From Candidatus Sumerlaeota bacterium (GTDB lineage: Bacteria; Sumerlaeota; Sumerlaeia; SLMS01), in assembly GCA_020848155.1 (NCBI GenBank), contig JADLAR010000047.1:140419-204418 (forward strand): DNA of 64,000 nucleotides. The letters are read 5' to 3'. Below the pieces are notes generated by a model. That model did no database searches and had not been told where the DNA came from. It saw only the letters and a program-made list of their open reading frames with translations. Every line of letters begins with the position of its first letter. The stretch's first letter is position 1. Below, one piece after another: positions 1-8,240 of the stretch. Made by a program: the position numbers and the translations under genes.

Positions 1-162
1 CGGAGCCTTGTCGATCTGATCGTAGTTGAGCGCCTCGCCAAGCCCCTTCTGCGCCTGCGTCTTCGTGATCGCAGCCGTAAGGGTGGTCTTGCCATGGTCG
101 ATGTGACCGATGGTGCCGATATTGACGTGCGGCTTGTCTCTCTTGAATGATTCCTTGGCCAT
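1..162 (-). CDS. tuf: Elongation factor Tu, first 54 codons only (gene runs off the window start)
   Basis: Reverse-complement translation from CAT at 160-162 gives [54 protein letters not shown]. This is the canonical EF-Tu N-terminus with the G1 motif GHIDHGKTT. Absent from the ORF track because it is truncated. Confidence 0.95.
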   Translation of the reverse strand, partial: MAKESFKRDKPHVNIGTIGHIDHGKTTLTAAITKTQAQKGLGEALNYDQIDKAP

Positions 163-607
163 TGTTGCCCCCAGGGGTGGTCTGGTTATGTGTGATCCTC
201 GGCCCCAACAGGCCGGGATTTATTCCGAATCAACGAGTGCCTGCGCACTCCTTACCTTCCCTCGCCCAGCGCCCCAAATCCAGCAGGCCGAGCAGTCCCG
301 CTTGGCCTTTGCAAGCGCCAACAGGGGCTTTGATTCGATTGCTTTGGGGAGAAGCGGTTTGGGCGCGCGTCTAGCCCGCCCCGAGCGCACGACGGCGCAG
401 GCAGGGTGGGACACGGAAGGCGCCCTCTTCTTCCAACACAACCGGGCGGTGGCCCTGACCTTCAGGCCTTGTCGCGGCGAGGGAACCGCAACCCGCAAAC
501 TGCGCCGGGTGGAAAATCCACCCCTTCGCAGGGACGGGGAAACTAGGAAGGGAGACGGCACGAGTCAAGGGGTAAAAAGAGGAAATGTCCTCTCCACTTT
601 ACAGGAC

Positions 608-925
608 TCATTTCCGTTTGGCGCCATTGACGGAAAGCGCACGGACAATCCTGCCCGCAGTCCTTCCCTCATGCTTCAGTTCGTGCTCCCAAATCCTCAT
701 GACCTTCCACCCCTGCTGCTTCAGCAACCTCGCACTCCGCCTGTCGCGGGCCTGATCCCAAGTCTCTTGGCATCCCAAAAACTGGTGTTGGAGGGGGGCC
801 GCTCCGACTTGCTCTCGAGACTCCCGCCTGATAGTCGTCCTGATGGTCACCATATCCGGTCGTTGCGCGAAACGCTTGGCGGCCCACCACGGGTTGAGGC
901 GTTTCACGGAGTCTTTGTCCGCCAT
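608..925 (-). pseudogene. Vsr/DUF559-type (PD-(D/E)xK) endonuclease-like ORF, apparently degenerate in its N-terminal half
   Basis: The C-terminal half, ...ETWDQARDRRSARLLKQQGWKVMRIWEHELK..., matches the Vsr C-terminal pattern (FW..K...N..RD......L...GW.V..IWE.EL). An RPDMV stretch resembles the Vsr (K/R)PD(I/V)V motif. The FVxGCFWHGH block between them is missing or shortened. Confidence 0.4.
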
Positions 926-1051
926 TGTGCGGGTTCTCTATGCATGGGTTTGCATCACACGGAAGCACCAAAACGCGGGTCAAGCAACGCTTTCGACTGG
1001 TTTTGATTCTCAAGTATTCCGGCAAGAAGCGCGAGCGCCACAAAAGAAAGG

Positions 1052-4000
1052 ATGGTAAGTGACGACATGGAGGACTTGCCAGAGGGCCTGTACGAACAGA
1101 TTATCGACCTGGGTTTACGACGGAAGCTTCAGCAGGAACACCGTACGCGCCGGGCCAAGTGTCGGGTATTGGAGGTGGAAGAGAGCCACTTATATTTGGC
1201 ACGACATCTGGAGCGCGTGCTCCGTACCGCCCTTCGCATTGCTGGTACATCCGAAACGCGCTTGGAAGCTCAAGCCGAATTGGTGAACGAAGTCATCGGG
1301 CTGCTGAGGTCAAGACAGGGTCTCGATTTCACTGAGGAGAGCCTGCTCGAGGCCAAGCCTGAACAACTCCTCGAAATTGCGCGAGAGGGGATAACAAATG
1401 ACTACCCTCTCCCCCGGCCGGTCACCCCTTTGTCTGACAGTTCTCTCTTCACCGGTTCGCGCGGGGAGCCTACGCTTTACAGCGAGCTACGCCACGAACT
1501 CTTGAGCGCGGACAGCGTCGACATCTTGGTCTCGTTTGTGAAATGGAGTGGCATCCGCCTTCTCGCTGACGCCTTGCGCGAGTTCACCTCGCGTCCAGGG
1601 ACTCGGCTTCGAGTGATCACGACTTCGTACATCGGCGCGACCGAATTCAGGGCCGTCGAGTTCCTGGCACGACTTCCCAACACGCGGGTGCGAATCTCCT
1701 TCGACACCGAACGCACGCGGCTTCACGCCAAGTCGTACCTGTTCACTCGGGCGAGTTCCTTCCATACTGCCTACGTGGGGTCGTCGAATATCTCGAATCC
1801 TGCGATGACGGAGGGGCTGGAATGGAACCTCAAGGTATCGGCAAAGGACTCACCTCACATCCTGGAGAAGATACGCGCCACCTTCGAAACCTACTGGGAG
1901 GATCCGGGGTTCCGCGCATTCGACCCTGACGCAGAATGTGACTGCCAGGATCTCCGACAGGCGCTCGATCGAGAGCGGGGGCGTGAGGCCGCTGGTGATT
2001 CCCTGATCACGTTCTTTAATCTGACTCCCTTTGACTATCAAGTCGAGATATTGGATCGCCTGCGAGTGAATCGAGAGGTTCTGGCTCGACGTCGAAACCT
2101 CGTTGTCGCTGCGACGGGTACAGGGAAGACAATGATCGCGGCATTTGATTATCGACGCCTCTGCGAGACGGGATCGAGTCACGCGCGGCCTCGACTCCTG
2201 TTCGTCGCCCATAGAGAGGAGATTCTGAAGCAGAGTCTACAAACATTCCGTCAAGTCTTGCGGGATGCAAACTTTGGGGACCTACTTGTTGGAGGAGCCG
2301 AGCCGAATGGGCACGACCATCTATTTGTGTCGATCCAATCACTCAACTCCCGGGCGCTTCCCGACCTTCTGCCGCCTGACTACTACGAGTACATTGTCGT
2401 CGATGAGTTTCACCACGCAGCCGCGCCGAGCTATCAGCGTCTTCTCGAGCACTTCCAACCCAAGCTCCTTTTGGGTCTTACAGCCACGCCAGAGCGCGCC
2501 GACGGATTTCCAATCATCGAGTTCTTTGGCGGAGAGTGTGACGCAGAGATTCGCCTCCCCGAGGCCATTCAGCGCAGACTGCTCTGCCCATTCCACTACT
2601 TCGGAGTGACCGACACCGTCGACTATTCCGCCGTGAAGTGGCTCCGCGGCGCTTACGATGCTTCAGCGCTGAACGAACTTGTCACGGGCAATGACCCGCG
2701 CGCGCAACTCATCGTGGATGCAGTCCATCGTTACATCGCCATCCCGCGCGAAATGAAGTGCCTGTGCTTCTGCGTCTCGCAAGCCCACGCAGCCTTCATG
2801 GCCGTGCGCTTTTCAGCTGCCCATCTTCCTGCGGTTGCCTTGGATGCGAACTCTAGTCGTGACGTCCGCGACAATGCCCAGCGGCAGTTGATCTCCTCGG
2901 AGGTCTGTATCATCTGTGTGGTCGACCTCTATAACGAGGGCGTGGACATCCCCGAAGTCGACACAGTCTTGTTCCTTCGCCCCACCGAGAGCCTTACAGT
3001 CTTCCTGCAGCAACTCGGCCGTGGACTTCGTCGGCAACGCAACAAGGAGTGTCTGACCGTTCTCGACTTCATCGGAAAAGCGCGCACGGAGTTCCGATTT
3101 GGCCCAAGGTTTCAAGCTTTGTGTGGCCGAACACACCATGGGATGCAGCAGGAACTCGAGGAAGGCTTCCCTCATCTCCCGGCTGGCTGCAGCATCCAAC
3201 TCGAACGTGTCGCGCACGAACACGTTCTGGACAATCTTCGTGCAGCAATCTGGCGTGGAAAACGTGAGTTCGTCGCGCGGTTACGCAATTGGGGCAATGA
3301 ATCGCAACGCCCGCTAAACCTGAAAAATTTCCTGGAGTTCCATCAACTCTCCCCGTCCGAGATTTACGGTCGAAAGCTGACGTGGAGCGAGTTGCTCCGG
3401 GAAGCGGGACTGCTCGACGCACCAGAAGGCCCTGACGAAAGAGAACTTGCCAAGGGTCTGAATCGCCTGCTACACGTGAACTCATCGGAGTTCCTCGACA
3501 CGATCGACAAAGTTTGCGAGTCCGGTCCTGGCTCGCCCTATCAATCCACGTCACGCGAGAGGCTCCATTTGCTGATGCTCCACTACAATCTTTGGCGGCA
3601 GGATGGTGCGTCATTAGGCATGCGCTCAATGGACGACAGCCTCGCCCGACTGGCAGGCAATCCAGCCATTCGGAACGAACTGGGCGAACTGGCAGGAATT
3701 CTCCGCCGCCGTATCGACCACGTTTCCCCTTCAGAGCCGGGAGACGAGTCGATCCCCCTCGAACTCCACGCGTCCTACACGCGAGAGGAGGTGCTTGTCG
3801 CCTTCGGCCTCTCGACTTTCGACCGGCAGTTCGTTCATCGAGAGGGCGTCAAGTACCTCCCTGACCATCGCCTGGATCTCTTGTTCGTGACACTCGCCAA
3901 AACTGCGGACCGATTCTCACCTACCACCATGTATGAGGACTACGCAATCTCGCGCGAGTTGTTCCACTGGCAGAGCCAGAGCACGACGAGTGAGGGCAGC

Positions 4001-4228
4001 GAGACGGGGCGTCGGTACCGCGAGCACGAGAAACTGGGCAGCAGAGTGCTCCTGCTCGTCCGCGAGGAGGCAAAGCGGGACGGCTTGGGCATGGCGTTCA
4101 CCTACCTTGGGCCTGTGCGCTACGTCTCGCACGAGGGATCACGTCCCATGTCAATCACGTGGCACCTTCAGACGCCCATGCCGCCTGGTCTGTGGATCAC
4201 AAGCGGAAAGCTCGCCGTCGGCGCCTGA
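1052..4228 (+). CDS. PLD-like (HKD) nuclease domain - SF2 (ResIII/DEAH) helicase - DUF3427 fusion protein, 1058 aa
   Basis: HKD-type motif RLHAKSYLF...YVGSSNISNPAM. Helicase motifs: I VVAATGTGKT, II VVDEFHH, III LGLTATPER, VI QQLGRGLRR. The C-terminal ~250 aa (REGVKYL..LLFVTLAKT..FSPTTMYEDYAISRELFHWQSQSTTS...VLLLVRE...FTYLGPVRYVSHEGSRPMSITWHLQTPMP) matches my memory of DUF3427. An alternative start is the ATG at 1067. Confidence 0.8.
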   Translation: MVSDDMEDLPEGLYEQIIDLGLRRKLQQEHRTRRAKCRVLEVEESHLYLARHLERVLRTALRIAGTSETRLEAQAELVNEVIGLLRSRQGLDFTEESLLEAKPEQLLEIAREGITNDYPLPRPVTPLSDSSLFTGSRGEPTLYSELRHELLSADSVDILVSFVKWSGIRLLADALREFTSRPGTRLRVITTSYIGATEFRAVEFLARLPNTRVRISFDTERTRLHAKSYLFTRASSFHTAYVGSSNISNPAMTEGLEWNLKVSAKDSPHILEKIRATFETYWEDPGFRAFDPDAECDCQDLRQALDRERGREAAGDSLITFFNLTPFDYQVEILDRLRVNREVLARRRNLVVAATGTGKTMIAAFDYRRLCETGSSHARPRLLFVAHREEILKQSLQTFRQVLRDANFGDLLVGGAEPNGHDHLFVSIQSLNSRALPDLLPPDYYEYIVVDEFHHAAAPSYQRLLEHFQPKLLLGLTATPERADGFPIIEFFGGECDAEIRLPEAIQRRLLCPFHYFGVTDTVDYSAVKWLRGAYDASALNELVTGNDPRAQLIVDAVHRYIAIPREMKCLCFCVSQAHAAFMAVRFSAAHLPAVALDANSSRDVRDNAQRQLISSEVCIICVVDLYNEGVDIPEVDTVLFLRPTESLTVFLQQLGRGLRRQRNKECLTVLDFIGKARTEFRFGPRFQALCGRTHHGMQQELEEGFPHLPAGCSIQLERVAHEHVLDNLRAAIWRGKREFVARLRNWGNESQRPLNLKNFLEFHQLSPSEIYGRKLTWSELLREAGLLDAPEGPDERELAKGLNRLLHVNSSEFLDTIDKVCESGPGSPYQSTSRERLHLLMLHYNLWRQDGASLGMRSMDDSLARLAGNPAIRNELGELAGILRRRIDHVSPSEPGDESIPLELHASYTREEVLVAFGLSTFDRQFVHREGVKYLPDHRLDLLFVTLAKTADRFSPTTMYEDYAISRELFHWQSQSTTSEGSETGRRYREHEKLGSRVLLLVREEAKRDGLGMAFTYLGPVRYVSHEGSRPMSITWHLQTPMPPGLWITSGKLAVGA

Positions 4229-4374
4229 CAGCATTAGGCGTCGGAGCAACCCTTCTGCCTTGCCTCAGTGACATTCACCAAGCGATAGTAAATAAGTGTT
4301 TACTTCCTTCGGCCTCTTGATTTAGCCCTTCCGACCGTGAGCCGCCGGTGGGTGGCCGGAAAGGCAGGTGTTCG

Positions 4375-4785
4375 ATGGAAGTCTTTGGCGCGTGGTTGAT
4401 CGAGGGGCCGATTCCCCTGAATTGGCGGGTTGGTTGGGGGTTGTTGATGCTCTCATTTGTGACGGGAGCCTTGTTGGGCCTGGGGTTTCATAAGCCAGGC
4501 TTTCTTGGCGGGTATCAGTCGCTGCGGCGGCGCATGGCACGGCTGGGGCATATCGCCCTGGCGGCGCTGGGGATGCTCAACCTGCTGTATGCGTGCGGGC
4601 CGTCCGTTGCGATCACGGCCACGGGGGCGGGGTTGCTCATGGCGGGTGGGGTGACGATGCCGGCGGTTTGCTTTCTGACGGCGTGGCGTGAATCGTTCCG
4701 CCATGCCTTCTTCGTGCCGGTGTTGTTGCTGATGCTGGCGGCGGTGGCGGCCTTCGCGGCGGGGCCGTGGGGAGGTGCGCATTGA
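4375..4785 (+). CDS. Small polytopic membrane protein (about 4 predicted TM helices), unknown function
   Basis: ORF with hydrophobic segments (GWGLLMLSFVTGALLGLGF, LGHIALAALGMLNLLYA, GAGLLMAGGVTMPAVCFL, FFVPVLLLMLAAVAAFAAG). ATG at 4375 has an AGG-containing purine stretch upstream; the track start at 4348 is GTG. Its stop overlaps the next gene's start. Confidence 0.55.
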   Translation: MEVFGAWLIEGPIPLNWRVGWGLLMLSFVTGALLGLGFHKPGFLGGYQSLRRRMARLGHIALAALGMLNLLYACGPSVAITATGAGLLMAGGVTMPAVCFLTAWRESFRHAFFVPVLLLMLAAVAAFAAGPWGGAH

Positions 4786-6137
4786 GGATCGGTTTCCTGG
4801 CCATGAGCGGCGTGCGCGTGCACGATCCGGAATTGTTGAAGCTGGGACTTACGCTGCCGGGATTCGTGCGGCGTGGGCAGGTGATCGCGTCGCTGCCGAG
4901 CTTGGGGCTGTTGTACCTGGCGGCGATGACGCCGGACGGAGGGCATGAACTTGTCTACCTGGAGGCGGAGGGAGCGGGGAAGGAGCCAGCGGAGGCGTAC
5001 GCGTGCGACCTGGTGGCAATCAGCACGTTCAGTGCGCAGGTGTTTGAAGCCTATGAGGTGGCGGACCGATTGCGTGCTGCGGGGGTGAAGGTGGCGATGG
5101 GCGGGTTGCATGTGAGCGTGGAATCGGAGGAGGCGACGCGGCATGCGGATTATGTGGTCATAGGCGAGGGTGAAAATGTGTGGCCCGACGTGGTACGGCA
5201 CGCCCAGGCGGGAGGTGGCGCGCGGAAATTTTTCGCGGCCAGCCATCCGCCGGTGGACGTGAAGGCGCTGCCCGTGCCGCGTTACGATTTGCTGGCGGGC
5301 CGGGATTTCAATCGCATCACTGTCCAGACGACGCGGGGCTGCCCCTGGCGCTGTGAGTTCTGTGCCTCGAACGTGATGCTTGAACTCCCCTACCGCAAGC
5401 GGCGCGTGGAGGATGTGGTGCGCGACATCGCGGCGATTCAGCAGTGCAGGCCCGGTGCCTTCATTGAGTTTGCGGATGACAATACGTTCGTGGACAAGGA
5501 ATGGGGGAAGCGGTTGTGCCGTGCGTTGATTCCGCTGCGTGTGCGGTGGTTCACGGAGACGGATATTTCCGTGGCGGATGACCCTGAGTTGCTGGCGCTG
5601 ATGGCGGAGGCGGGTTGCCGCCAGGTGCTGATCGGGCTGGAAAGCCCGAACGAGGCCGATGTGCGTGGCGTGGAGTTGAAGCGCAACTTCAAGGCGCGGC
5701 GCGTGGCGGGCTATGCGGAGGCGATAAGGCGCATCCAGTGCGCGGGAATCACGCTGAACGGTTGCTTCGTACTGGGGCTTGATCACCACACCACGAGTGT
5801 GTTCCCGGCGATCCGGGACTTCGCCGATGACGTGTCGCTGTACGATGTGCAGGTTACAGTGCAGACGGCATTCCCCGGAACGCCCTTGTACAAGCGGTTG
5901 ATGCAACAGGGACGCATCATCATGCCGCGGCGTTGGGATCTGTGCACGCTGTTTGATGTGAATTTTCATCCGGCGCGCATGACGGCAAATGAACTGCGGG
6001 CGGGGTTGTACTGGCTGACGTCGGAACTTTACGAGGAAGGGGCGCTGCGGCGGCGGCGTGCAGCAGCGCTGTCGATGATGCGCCGCTCGCGTCGCGGAGC
6101 GGGTGCACTGGCGGCGGTTGTGGAGGACTTGGGGTAG
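4782..6137 (+). CDS. B12-binding-domain radical SAM protein (class B-like)
   Basis: CxxxCxxC cluster motif RGCPWRCEFC. The N-terminal MRIGFLAMSGVRV...VAISTFSAQ...GVKVAMGGLHVS resembles a cobalamin-binding Rossmann-like domain. Proposed TTG start at 4782 is preceded by GGAGG 6 nt upstream and overlaps the upstream stop (TTGA). Confidence 0.8.
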   Translation: MRIGFLAMSGVRVHDPELLKLGLTLPGFVRRGQVIASLPSLGLLYLAAMTPDGGHELVYLEAEGAGKEPAEAYACDLVAISTFSAQVFEAYEVADRLRAAGVKVAMGGLHVSVESEEATRHADYVVIGEGENVWPDVVRHAQAGGGARKFFAASHPPVDVKALPVPRYDLLAGRDFNRITVQTTRGCPWRCEFCASNVMLELPYRKRRVEDVVRDIAAIQQCRPGAFIEFADDNTFVDKEWGKRLCRALIPLRVRWFTETDISVADDPELLALMAEAGCRQVLIGLESPNEADVRGVELKRNFKARRVAGYAEAIRRIQCAGITLNGCFVLGLDHHTTSVFPAIRDFADDVSLYDVQVTVQTAFPGTPLYKRLMQQGRIIMPRRWDLCTLFDVNFHPARMTANELRAGLYWLTSELYEEGALRRRRAAALSMMRRSRRGAGALAAVVEDLG

Positions 6138-6172
6138 AGTACAAACTGGATTTTCACAGATTCACCTGCATT

Positions 6173-6204
6173 TTGTTTGCCCGTCACGCGTGAATTTCAA
6201 ACAA
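6173..6204. promoter_or_regulatory. Nested inverted repeat (TTGTTTG-N18-CAAACAA enclosing the 10-bp palindrome TCACGCGTGA) between the radical SAM gene and the histone-like gene
   Basis: Read directly: ttgtttg(6173-6179) cccg tcacgcgtga(6184-6193) attt caaacaa(6198-6204). Could be an operator or a weak terminator; the function is not established. Confidence 0.3.
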
Positions 6205-6247
6205 GTGAGAATTGCAGGCATCACTTTCCCACGAGGATTCGACAACC

Positions 6248-6610
6248 ATGGCACGAGCAAAAAAGAAAACACTGAAGAGCAGGGCCACCGCGGCGGTGAA
6301 AACCGCGAAGCGGAAGGTCATCACCGCCGAGAAGGCGCTTGTTGCATCGGTGAAGCATGGCAAGGACGCCACGATGACAGCGGCGGAGCACGCGATGGCG
6401 CAGATTGCCGCGTTCTCCCACGGCTTCATGGATGAGATGAAGAAGTCGCGCGCGAAGGCCACAAAGAAGCGCAAGACGGGCGGCGCGAAGAAGGCGAAAG
6501 CGCCCGCCATGAAGAAGGCAAGGAAGGCTGGGAAGGCAAAACCCGCGACGAAACGCGCGGCAAAAGCGCCCGCCAGGAAAGCGAAGGTCGCGAAACGCAG
6601 CCGCCGTTGA
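6248..6610 (+). CDS. Lys/Ala-rich histone H1-like (Hc1/AlgP-like) basic protein, 120 aa
   Basis: MARAKKKTLKSR... with a helical N-terminal half and the tail KKSRAKATKKRKTGGAKKAKAPAMKKARKAGKAKPATKRAAKAPARKAKVAKRSRR. AGGA lies about 8 nt upstream of the ATG at 6248. A rho-independent terminator follows. Confidence 0.7.
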   Translation: MARAKKKTLKSRATAAVKTAKRKVITAEKALVASVKHGKDATMTAAEHAMAQIAAFSHGFMDEMKKSRAKATKKRKTGGAKKAKAPAMKKARKAGKAKPATKRAAKAPARKAKVAKRSRR

Positions 6611-6634
6611 GCATCCAGGCTCGTGCAAAAAAAG

Positions 6635-6670
6635 TCGGGAGCGGAATGACCCGCTCCCGATTTTGTTTTT
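6635..6670. terminator. Rho-independent, potentially bidirectional terminator between convergent genes
   Basis: Perfect 10-bp stem tcgggagcgg(6635-6644)/ccgctcccga(6651-6660) with loop aatgac. It is followed by ttttgttttt and preceded by aaaaaaa (a T-run on the other strand). Confidence 0.85.
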
Positions 6671-6688
6671 ACAATGTGCGGCGGAGGA

Positions 6689-8047
6689 TCAGCCGAATCC
6701 AACCTGGAGGTCGCGCAGGACAAGCCCGCTTGTGACCTTGGGTGAGAAGTACGTGGAGTTTTCCGGCATCAACTCGCCGTTCTCCGCAATCTCCAGAATT
6801 TTTTCCTTCGACATGGGATTGAGCAGGAAGGCCACGCATCCCTTGCGGCGCTTCACGAGGCTGAGGGCATCCTCGACTTCCTTGCAGTAGGAAATGTCGT
6901 TCTCATCAAGCTCGACTTCAGGATTTCCAATCCAGCCGCGCGCGATGATGAATTTGTGGAGGATGGTGACGTCGAGGTTCTTGACGCGCTCCGACATGAA
7001 CTCTTCTTCGATCATTTCGTCAACGTTTGCGCCCTTCTTCAGGCGAAGCTCGTACCCCTTGCCCGTGGGCAGGACCATGACGAACTGCGTTGTGGCACCC
7101 TTCTTTGGCTCCAGATGCTTGCGGCAGGCATCCGCGCCCTTGTCGATCTTGTTGAGGTCGACCTTGAATTCCTTCACGTCGAAAAATTCCTCAAGGTCCT
7201 CTATGACTTCATCGACATCCACATCGCTGCCAAGGTCGCGAGCAAGCACGCGATGCAGTGTCGTGGTCTGGATGGTTTCATCGCTCGCGTTGTTCAGGTA
7301 CATGAGGATGAAATCGTAGGGCTGGCGGCCGTCGCGGCGGCCCGTGTTCTCGCGCATTTGATCGCGATAGGCGAGCGCCGTTTCGTAGCGTTGGTGCCCG
7401 TCGGCGATGTACAGGCGCTTGTTCTTCATCGCCTGGTTGATCATGAGGATCGGGTCCTTCTTGTGCATCAACCAGAGGCGATGCACGTCACCATCGGGCG
7501 TGGTCACTTCTTCGTTCGGCTTTGCGTCGACCCCCTCCTGGAGGATCTTGCCAAGCTCGTCCTTTTCATCCTCGTAAAGGACGAACACAGGCTCAAGGTT
7601 GACCTGGCAGGCTTCGAGGAGGCGGAGGCGATCCCGCTTGGCCGCCTCGAAAGTCATCTCATGGGCACGAATCTTTCCGCTGCGATAGTCCTGAAGCTTG
7701 ACGAGGGCAAAGAAGCCGCGGCGCTTCTTTCTCTCCTTCGTTCCCGGAACGGTGAACTCGTGCTCATAGACGTAGAAGCATTTGCGCTGCTCGTCCGTGA
7801 GGTAGGTCTTGAGCTTCCATTCCTTGTAGCATTCCGCAGCGCGCGTGTAGCGGTTGTTGAAGTCATCGTCGCCGGCGGCCTCGAAGCCATTGGAGAGGCG
7901 AACCATGTTCAGCTTGTCGCGCTCGTAAAGCTCCTTCTGGTGATCGGGCGTAATGACATCGGAGGGGGGCGCAAGGATGTTGGAGAGCTTAAGACCGTGT
8001 TCCTTGCTGTTGAAGCGCGTGCCTGCGAAGGGAAAAACGTCAGCCAT
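6689..8047 (-). CDS. DUF1015 family protein
   Basis: MADVFPFAGTRFN N-terminus and the YIADGHQRYETALAY motif are characteristic of DUF1015 as I recall it. Track ORF 6689..8110 trimmed to the ATG at 8047. Confidence 0.65.
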   Translation of the reverse strand: MADVFPFAGTRFNSKEHGLKLSNILAPPSDVITPDHQKELYERDKLNMVRLSNGFEAAGDDDFNNRYTRAAECYKEWKLKTYLTDEQRKCFYVYEHEFTVPGTKERKKRRGFFALVKLQDYRSGKIRAHEMTFEAAKRDRLRLLEACQVNLEPVFVLYEDEKDELGKILQEGVDAKPNEEVTTPDGDVHRLWLMHKKDPILMINQAMKNKRLYIADGHQRYETALAYRDQMRENTGRRDGRQPYDFILMYLNNASDETIQTTTLHRVLARDLGSDVDVDEVIEDLEEFFDVKEFKVDLNKIDKGADACRKHLEPKKGATTQFVMVLPTGKGYELRLKKGANVDEMIEEEFMSERVKNLDVTILHKFIIARGWIGNPEVELDENDISYCKEVEDALSLVKRRKGCVAFLLNPMSKEKILEIAENGELMPENSTYFSPKVTSGLVLRDLQVGFG

Positions 8048-8240
8048 ATGAGATATTGTGCTCTGGAGTAGGGTTTTCTCGAGGGACCAAGGCCAAAAAT
8101 GGCCGGTCAAAAGGCCCGCGAAGGGTGCGGAAGGGCACCTGCCCTGTCAACCCGGAAGGCGGCGATTTTTCGCCATCTTCCGGTTGAGTTGCTGGCTGGT
8201 TGGGCGGTTGATTGCCCCTCTTTTCACGACGCAACCTGAC

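Noticed and set aside
163-607. SRP RNA, RNase P RNA, tmRNA or tRNA upstream of tuf
   Set aside because: I checked both strands by eye for the GGAAGCAGC-type SRP motif, GAGGAAAGTCCGGGC (RNase P P4), the tmRNA tRNA-like end and T-loop GGTTCGAATCC. None is present. The region is kept only as an unassigned non-coding finding.
110-1006. 298-aa plus-strand ORF spanning the tuf start and the upstream region
   Set aside because: It overlaps the bona fide EF-Tu N-terminus on the opposite strand. It has a P/R/G/A-rich composition typical of shadow frames in GC-rich DNA, and no motif.
4515-5969. 484-aa minus-strand ORF antisense to the radical SAM gene
   Set aside because: R/H/P-rich, with no motifs. 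The plus-strand frame carries the CxxxCxxC radical SAM signature. It is a classic antisense shadow ORF.
6956-8071. 371-aa plus-strand ORF antisense to the DUF1015 gene
   Set aside because: Its leucine/valine/arginine-rich composition mirrors the codon bias of the opposite strand. The minus frame has the DGHQRYE family motif.
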